39,378 bases of DNA from a virus: positions 1 to 39,378 of the IMG/VR virus record IMGVR_UViG_3300045988_107209, one strand, 5' to 3'. Numbering within the stretch: position 1 is the stretch's first letter; each line of letters begins with the position of its first letter. Positions 34,732-39,378 of the stretch are shown one piece after another. The notes below the pieces were generated by a model. It had not been told where the DNA came from and searched no databases. It worked only from the letters and a program-made list of their open reading frames with translations. The position numbers were made by a program, and so were the translations under genes.

Positions 34732-35777
34732 CTAATAAGTACATTGTCGCAAGTCCTAACAACTATATGCGCGGTAGAGGAGGTTACAAAGTATGTAAGA
34801 TTACACCGCATCATATGGCTTGTAAATGGTCAGCAGAGACTTGTGCTAGATCATTTCAGGTAGCTGGAAGGGAAGCTAGTGCCAACTACTGTATTGGTTC
34901 AGATGGTACAATTGTTGCAAATGTTGATGAAGAAAATCGTGCATGGACATCAAGTAATTACTACAATGATTGTCAATCAATTACAATTGAAATTGCTAAC
35001 GATAATACAGATACGTGGACGATCTCACCTAAAGCATGGAATGCATTGGTAAATCTATGCGTGGATGTATGTAAACGATATGGATTCAGATTGAATTACA
35101 CTGGTAATGCGAATGGCAGCTTAACCGAACATAGAATGTTCGCAGCAACATCTTGTCCAGGCCCTTATTTACATTCTAAGATGAATCAATTAGCACAAGA
35201 AGTAAATGCTAGATTGGATGGTCAAACTGTAGCTCCAACACAACCAAGTACTCCAAGCGCTCCAAGTGGGGAGAAGTACTCTACTGGTACTCCAATTTGC
35301 ACAAATACATTAAGTGTAAATTGCTATGGTACAGGTAAAGTTTATAAAGGCGATTGGAATGGTACGATTGGTAGAGTGATTAAAGGTGCCAAATATCCGT
35401 ATCGTGTAGATCGTAATGGGGTAGCGATTGGATGGACAAATGATGCAGGAATTGATACAGACCCTCATATTCCTGGAGGAAGTACTCAATCAGTTCAAAC
35501 TGTTTTAAATGGTATTCCGTCAGATTTCAACAGAGAAAGTGCTACATTCTATCCAAATACAACTTTGAAGATTAGAAAAGCACCAACTGAAAAAGGAATT
35601 GACACAGGTTTATACTACAAGCAAGGAATGTCTGTTCGATATGACGGATATGTCAAACGTGAAGGATTCGTATGGATCAGTTGGATTAGTGCATCCACAG
35701 GTGAAAGAAGATGGATGAAAGCTGGCGCATTAAATTCAAAAGGATACAATACTAATCCATACGGAAGATTTGTTTAA
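34713..35777 (+). CDS. Endolysin: N-acetylmuramoyl-L-alanine amidase (Amidase_2/PGRP-like) with SH3-like cell-wall-binding domains.
   Basis: ITPHHMA, ANYCIGSDG, ITIEIAN, EHRMFAATSCPG. PST-rich linker. C-terminal FVWISWISASTGERRWMKAG. Confidence 0.85.
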   Translation: MSYSRLTNKYIVASPNNYMRGRGGYKVCKITPHHMACKWSAETCARSFQVAGREASANYCIGSDGTIVANVDEENRAWTSSNYYNDCQSITIEIANDNTDTWTISPKAWNALVNLCVDVCKRYGFRLNYTGNANGSLTEHRMFAATSCPGPYLHSKMNQLAQEVNARLDGQTVAPTQPSTPSAPSGEKYSTGTPICTNTLSVNCYGTGKVYKGDWNGTIGRVIKGAKYPYRVDRNGVAIGWTNDAGIDTDPHIPGGSTQSVQTVLNGIPSDFNRESATFYPNTTLKIRKAPTEKGIDTGLYYKQGMSVRYDGYVKREGFVWISWISASTGERRWMKAGALNSKGYNTNPYGRFV

Positions 35778-35906
35778 AATTTAATAAAATAAGTGTCAAA
35801 AACTCAAATATTGACACAAAACAGTACAAAATGTACGTAAAATGATTCAAAATATCAAAAAATGACACAAAAGTTGAACTAAACTATATTTTTAATGACT
35901 AAATCC

Positions 35907-35938
35907 GAGCCTACGTGTAATGCGTAGGTTCTTTTTTT
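35907..35938 (+). terminator. Rho-independent terminator ending the late operon.
   Basis: GAGCCTACG-TGTAATG-CGTAGGTTC followed by T7. Confidence 0.75.
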
Positions 35939-36020
35939 GTTGTGAAATTATAATAAAATTGAGATATAAATTATGTCTTGATTATATCTTGAAAAAAATT
36001 TAATATTTTAAACAAAACTA

Positions 36021-36049
36021 TTGAATTACGATGTTTAATATGTTAAAAT
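36021..36049 (+). promoter_or_regulatory. Near-consensus sigma-70 promoter with an extended -10 element.
   Basis: TTGAAT, 17-nt spacer ending TGt, then TAAAAT. Lies about 30 nt upstream of the xre-like gene. Confidence 0.65.
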
Positions 36050-36080
36050 CCAAGTGTACAAAAGAAAGGTGGTGATTGAG

Positions 36081-36281
36081 ATGGGATTCAAAATTAAGGA
36101 ATTGCGAGAAAAAGAAAATTTATCTCAGGCCGAATTGGCACAAAAATCAGGTGTATCACAAAATTTAATTGCCCGTTTAGAGAGTGGAGCTTTAACGAAT
36201 ACCACTACAGATACTCTTCTTAAAATATCTAAAGCATTAAATGTGAAAGTTGAGCAAATTTTTTTTACAGATAATGTTTAA
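36081..36281 (+). CDS. XRE-family HTH regulator (Cro/repressor-like, 66 aa).
   Basis: IKELREKENLSQAELAQKSGVSQNLIARLESG. Confidence 0.85.
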   Translation: MGFKIKELREKENLSQAELAQKSGVSQNLIARLESGALTNTTTDTLLKISKALNVKVEQIFFTDNV

Positions 36282-36330
36282 CATTTGCTGATAGTACTAC
36301 CAACGACTACCACAGAAATAAAACATAAGA

Positions 36331-36348
36331 CCGGTGCGGTACTTGAGG
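36331..36348 (+). repeat. Site D: third copy of the B-type ~20-nt motif (ccggtgcggtacttgagg).
   Basis: 15/18 identity to the reverse complement of 38468..38490. Lies immediately upstream of the RBS of the next ORF. Confidence 0.7.
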
Positions 36349-36368
36349 ATGGAGGAAAGGAAAAACAA

Positions 36369-36587
36369 ATGGAAGAAAATAAAGTAAAAAGTCTTATTGA
36401 CGCTTTAGATCTAGTGAACGAACAAATGGTACAGAAACAAGAAATAAGCACAATAGCCGTTGCCGTCAAGCTTGAGGGTTTGGATCAGGTAAACGAGGAA
36501 CTTGACAAAATGCTTATTAAATTAGAAAAAGCCAACTCATTGGCAGATGAATTGGCTTCAAAAATTAAAGACTTATGTTCAAAGTAA
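36369..36587 (+). CDS. Hypothetical coiled-coil protein.
   Basis: ATG 36369 preceded by GGAGGAAAGG. The upstream part of the track ORF has no RBS. Confidence 0.55.
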   Translation: MEENKVKSLIDALDLVNEQMVQKQEISTIAVAVKLEGLDQVNEELDKMLIKLEKANSLADELASKIKDLCSK

Positions 36588-36777
36588 TCTCAGATTTGCA
36601 ATGTGGGCAGACATTGCTACCTGAAGAAGCTTTGAAGGTATTGCCGCATTTAGGGCACTTTACGTCGATGCTTAGATTGTTGACTTGACTAGCAAGGTTT
36701 CTCTCTAAAGATTTTTGTAAGTCACGCTCAAGTCTACGCATATCTGATTTACTACCGATATTGTACTTTTTAGTCAT
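36565..36777 (-). CDS. Zinc-ribbon protein (CPKCG...CPHC).
   Basis: Strong RBS GGAAGGAGGTG. Two CPxC pairs. Confidence 0.75.
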   Translation of the reverse strand: MTKKYNIGSKSDMRRLERDLQKSLERNLASQVNNLSIDVKCPKCGNTFKASSGSNVCPHCKSEITLNISL

Positions 36778-36802
36778 TTATTACACCTCCTTCCAAAAGG
36801 AG

Positions 36803-36811
36803 ATTGTATCA
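36803..36811 (-). promoter_or_regulatory. Extended -10 promoter element TGaTACAAT (minus strand).
   Basis: Lies about 12 nt upstream of the RBS. Palindrome GTATGCTTGCAGCATAC (36831..36847) sits in the -35 zone. Confidence 0.45.
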
Positions 36812-36858
36812 CATAGAAAATCAGAAAAAGTATGCTTGCAGCATACAAAGGAGAATAT

Positions 36859-36984
36859 ATGCAGATTACAGTAATTCGAAAATCAGACAATTCAGTCATC
36901 ACTCGTATCTTTGAGGATGAAGAAGGAATCAAAGAGATCACGGATGATGATTATGAGGTCTTAATTGAAAAAGACTCGAATTAA
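36859..36984 (+). CDS. Small acidic protein (41 aa).
   Basis: RBS AAAGGAG. Followed by hairpin GACTCG-AATTAA-CGAGTC. Confidence 0.45.
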   Translation: MQITVIRKSDNSVITRIFEDEEGIKEITDDDYEVLIEKDSN

Positions 36985-36991
36985 CGAGTCC

Positions 36992-37246
36992 CTATTTATC
37001 TAGATTGTTGTTAGTGCTTTTATCTGGATTACTACGAATGAACTTAGTGCCATCAGAGTTCTTTACACCGTGATACCCATTTACTTCGCCTCTCACAGCT
37101 TTGTTGTAAGCTTGGGTATTCGTGTATACAACGCCGTTGATACTCACTCTGTTGTTTAGCCCAGTAGAAGTTTCTGAAACAACTTTAACTCTAGCTCTTG
37201 CCAGTTTGATCGTGTCGTTCTTTGTGTCAATGATCATAGGCAACAC
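36992..37246 (-). CDS. DUF3892-like protein.
   Basis: C-terminal GTKFIRSNPDKSTNNNLDK resembles the DUF3892 signature (YxRTxPDxxxxDNL). The start could be 37246 or 37237. Confidence 0.5.
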   Translation of the reverse strand: MLPMIIDTKNDTIKLARARVKVVSETSTGLNNRVSINGVVYTNTQAYNKAVRGEVNGYHGVKNSDGTKFIRSNPDKSTNNNLDK

Positions 37247-37345
37247 AGTCGGAATCCATTATCTGAACAAACATGATAAGGACTGGCAAAATATGCTGAA
37301 TAGAATACTGGATGACCTAAAAAAGCATACAAAGGGGGAATGAAC

Positions 37346-37543
37346 ATGAGCTTAAAAGTAGAACCCAAACAGGTTGATATTACAATCGACAACTATCAAA
37401 GAATCGAAAAGTTAAGCCAGGAGCTTCATGAAATGTTCGTAGACGGAGGCTTTAATATGGCTTTGGTAGAACAAAAAGAAGCTGAACTTCACAATGAAAT
37501 CCAGCTTTTAAAGAAAGTAAAGATTAGTGTAAGCCTTACTTAA
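37346..37543 (+). CDS. Hypothetical small protein.
   Basis: RBS AGGGGGAA before ATG 37346. Confidence 0.55.
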   Translation: MSLKVEPKQVDITIDNYQRIEKLSQELHEMFVDGGFNMALVEQKEAELHNEIQLLKKVKISVSLT

Positions 37544-38051
37544 CATTGATGCTAATGCCACCATCAGGTTCACGAATGACTTCTAAATTTGATTCTCCTG
37601 GGACATCTGGAAAAACATTTATAGTGTTTAGACTTGAAAAGTCTGTGTTTTTGATAAAACTACTAAGTTCACTTTTTGAAGTTTCGATACCATCTAGGTC
37701 CAGGCTATAAGACATGATACGAATATTTGAAATATCAAAAGGGTAGTTTGCTTTATATTCACAGTCCTGAATGATGATGTACGGTCTACCAAGGCCCATT
37801 CGGTAGCCTAGTTCAAGAAAGACATTAGGATTGTGACCCGTGATATCTACGATTACAAGGTCATCATCTTTTAAGTGGTTGAATATGTCATCTGTTAAAA
37901 CTGAAGTCTTAGCAATTTTATCTACTCGTATAGGTTCAAAATCTAATTCTGAGCATACTGGTTTCAACAGGTGCTTCAAAACTTGATCGGAATGAATACG
38001 AACTTCTGATCCTTTATCACCTATAGGAGTAACAAAAAAGCATTTACGCAT
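37536..38051 (-). CDS. Nucleoside 2-deoxyribosyltransferase-like / TIR-like Rossmannoid protein (171 aa).
   Basis: CFFVTPIG ... DDLVIVDITGHNPNVFLELGYRMGLGRPYIII. Strong RBS GGAAGGAGGTG before ATG 38051. Confidence 0.5.
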   Translation of the reverse strand: MRKCFFVTPIGDKGSEVRIHSDQVLKHLLKPVCSELDFEPIRVDKIAKTSVLTDDIFNHLKDDDLVIVDITGHNPNVFLELGYRMGLGRPYIIIQDCEYKANYPFDISNIRIMSYSLDLDGIETSKSELSSFIKNTDFSSLNTINVFPDVPGESNLEVIREPDGGISINVK

Positions 38052-38075
38052 ATAAATCACCTCCTTCCAGGATAG

Positions 38076-38084
38076 ATAGTATCA
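38076..38084 (-). promoter_or_regulatory. Extended -10 promoter element TGaTACTAT (minus strand).
   Basis: Same RBS/-10 block as at 36784..36811. Confidence 0.45.
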
Positions 38085-38121
38085 TTGAATTTTCAAAAGT
38101 GCACATAAACAAAAAAATTCT

Positions 38122-38143
38122 CTGGGCAGTACTTGAGGTGTCA
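38122..38143. repeat. Left arm of inverted repeat B (ctgggcagtacttgaggtgtca).
   Basis: Reverse complement of 38468..38490 with 2 transition mismatches and one 1-nt bulge. Confidence 0.9.
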
Positions 38144-38467
38144 TTTCAAGCATAGAAAGGAATAGATTCCATTAGTGCTCATTGCTATCGTCAAGAATCA
38201 TGGTTCTAGCGCTACCTACAAACATTCGCAGAATCTAGATTCTAAAACATGAGGTCCCCTTATCATACTGACATGGCAAAATCTGAATGACATGAAAATA
38301 TCTCTTGTTCGCAAATCAAAAGAAATAGACGCTGTTTTGTTTTTATCATAAAAGAATGAGGTGAAGAATCGCCTCCAAAACTAATTATTGCTCTAATATC
38401 TAAAAATTAATCGGACAAAAGTGTTCGCACACAAAACAGTGACCTAATCATGTTGATAAGTAAGAAG

Positions 38468-38490
38468 TGGCACCTCAAGTGCTGCACCAG
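38468..38490. repeat. Right arm of inverted repeat B (tggcacctcaagtgctgcaccag).
   Basis: Pairs with 38122..38143. Both mismatches would be G-U pairs in a plus-strand RNA. Confidence 0.9.
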
Positions 38491-38536
38491 AACATAGTAG
38501 AACATAGTAGAACGCAGTAGAAAGGAGTAGAACATG
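38489..38536 (+). repeat. 4.8 tandem copies of a 10-nt unit (AGAACATAGT, AGAACATAGT, AGAACGCAGT, AGAAAGGAGT, AGAACATG).
   Basis: Read directly from the sequence. The fourth unit supplies the RBS and the fifth the ATG of the next gene. Confidence 0.9.
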
Positions 38537-38845
38537 CAAGAATTATTACCTATTGGAAGTGTCGTGGTTCTTAAAGAAGGAACAAAGAAGTTGATGATTA
38601 TCGGAAGACTTCAAGCAAATCCTAAAACAAAGAATCTCTACGACTATGCAGGATGTCCATGGCCAGAAGGCTATATGGATAAGGAACATTGCTACGTATT
38701 CAATCACGATGATATTGATCTTCTTTATTATCTAGGAATGCAGGATATAGAAGAGTTCAATTTCAGATTCAAATTGGATGAAGCAATCGAAAAAATAGAA
38801 AGTGAAGGATATAAACATGCCAAGAGCAAACACATCAGCCAATAA
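38534..38845 (+). CDS. DUF4176-like protein.
   Basis: LLPIGSVVVLKEGTKKLMIIGR...YDYAGCPWPEGY...YVFNHDDIDLLYYLG. Confidence 0.6.
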   Translation: MQELLPIGSVVVLKEGTKKLMIIGRLQANPKTKNLYDYAGCPWPEGYMDKEHCYVFNHDDIDLLYYLGMQDIEEFNFRFKLDEAIEKIESEGYKHAKSKHISQ

Positions 38846-39113
38846 AGCAACAGCTGCGAAAAAAAGAACTGTAAAAAAAACAGATGAAATCAAAGAACAA
38901 CAATGTGAATTGGCTCCGTTTGCAAACAATTCACATGAAACAGAGTATACAAGAATGATGCACAGATACTCTGAACTGGATAAAAGAGAGAAGGCAGTGC
39001 GCAGAAAGCAGCGTTTCGCAAACTGGATGTTATTTGCGAGTGTTGTGTTAGTGATTGGATGTATGATCGCTACTGCGTTTGTATGTACGACCATCCAGTC
39101 TATTCGACTGTAG
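38817..39113 (+). CDS. Small basic protein with a C-terminal transmembrane helix.
   Basis: RBS GAAGGA before ATG 38817. Transmembrane segment WMLFASVVLVIGCMIATAFVC. Confidence 0.6.
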   Translation: MPRANTSANKATAAKKRTVKKTDEIKEQQCELAPFANNSHETEYTRMMHRYSELDKREKAVRRKQRFANWMLFASVVLVIGCMIATAFVCTTIQSIRL

Positions 39114-39128
39114 AAAGGAGTTCAGCTT

Positions 39129-39378
39129 ATGAAGAATATTAGAACAGTCTCTTGTATGGAATATGATGCAGAAGTTGAGGACAAGATCCAGAAGCTTACA
39201 AAGTATGCATATATCACGCAGGGAGACTTGGCAGAGATTATTGGATGTTGCAGCGCAACGGTTAAGACTGAGTTGAATAAGCTTGGCGTTCAATCCAATT
39301 GTTTCGGATGGCCAACCGCAAAGGTAATTAATGTTCTTGGCTTGCAGCCTTATTTGGATAACCTGATCAAGCTGCGTA
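39129..39378 (+). CDS. 5' part of the wrap-around HTH-like ORF (continues at 56..72 of the circular molecule).
   Basis: RBS AAAGGAG before ATG 39129. The ORF is still open at the window end and continues through the overlap. Confidence 0.6.
   Translation, partial: MKNIRTVSCMEYDAEVEDKIQKLTKYAYITQGDLAEIIGCCSATVKTELNKLGVQSNCFGWPTAKVINVLGLQPYLDNLIKLR
39324..39378. repeat. Second copy of the 55-bp terminal overlap.
   Basis: Identical to 1..55. Confidence 0.95.

Noticed and set aside
37122-37343. Plus-strand 73-aa ORF overlapping the DUF3892-like gene.
   Set aside because: Most of it is antisense to the better-supported minus-strand gene, and it has no RBS. Only its last ~37 codons (from ATG 37231) lie outside that gene. 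A short real peptide there cannot be excluded but is unsupported.
38052-38533. The 473-bp ORF-free region considered as attP, a retron ncRNA or a large ornate RNA.
   Set aside because: There is no adjacent integrase and no reverse transcriptase anywhere in the genome. The interior is AT-rich with few stable helices. It is kept as a candidate switch or structured leader rather than assigned to any of these classes.
38489-38536. Tandem 10-nt repeats considered as a CRISPR array or a ToxI-like type III antitoxin.
   Set aside because: The units are far too short and have no spacers, so this is not CRISPR. Type III antitoxin repeats are about 34-40 nt and precede an endoribonuclease gene, whereas the downstream gene here is DUF4176-like.

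Overview
This window is a complete, circularly closed dsDNA phage genome of about 39.3 kb. Positions 1..55 are identical to 39324..39378, which looks like a k=55 assembly overlap, and one ORF wraps across the junction. It is a siphovirus-type phage of a low-GC Gram-positive (Firmicutes-like) host. Support for this: strong GGAGG ribosome-binding sites (RBS), an AT-rich sequence, a Prp protease with L27-type cleavage motifs, and an amidase+SH3 endolysin.

Gene order:
- 0.4-8.3 kb: early recombination and replication module (YqaJ-like exonuclease, RecT, RusA, replisome organizer with an embedded ori-like repeat cluster, SSB), small unknown genes, and a sigma-like late regulator.
- 8.3-10.8 kb: orphan genes.
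- 10.9-16.3 kb: packaging and head accessory genes (TerS, TerL, portal, MuF-like protein, Prp).
- 16.6-20.4 kb: scaffold, capsid, connectors and major tail protein.
- 20.5-31.8 kb: tail chaperone with a -1 frameshift, tape measure, Dit, Tal, and a DUF859/tail-collar receptor-binding protein.
- 33.4-35.8 kb: DUF3850, DUF2829, holin, amidase.
- 35.8-39.4 kb: mixed-orientation early/control region.

Main finding: a shufflon-like tail-fibre tip switching system. Three silent, inverted C-terminal cassettes (31755..32441, minus strand) match the 3' end of the expressed receptor-binding gene. All four copies carry the same 16-nt site exactly at the homology boundary. A 297-aa tyrosine recombinase gene ends 5 nt from the last site.

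Second finding: a family of five to six related ~20-nt sites lies in the early-region intergenic segments. Two pairs are long imperfect inverted repeats that bracket promoter-bearing non-coding segments (134..377 and 38122..38490). These could be invertible switches, an operator network, or long-range RNA helices.

All family assignments come from motif recognition by eye. No database search was run.
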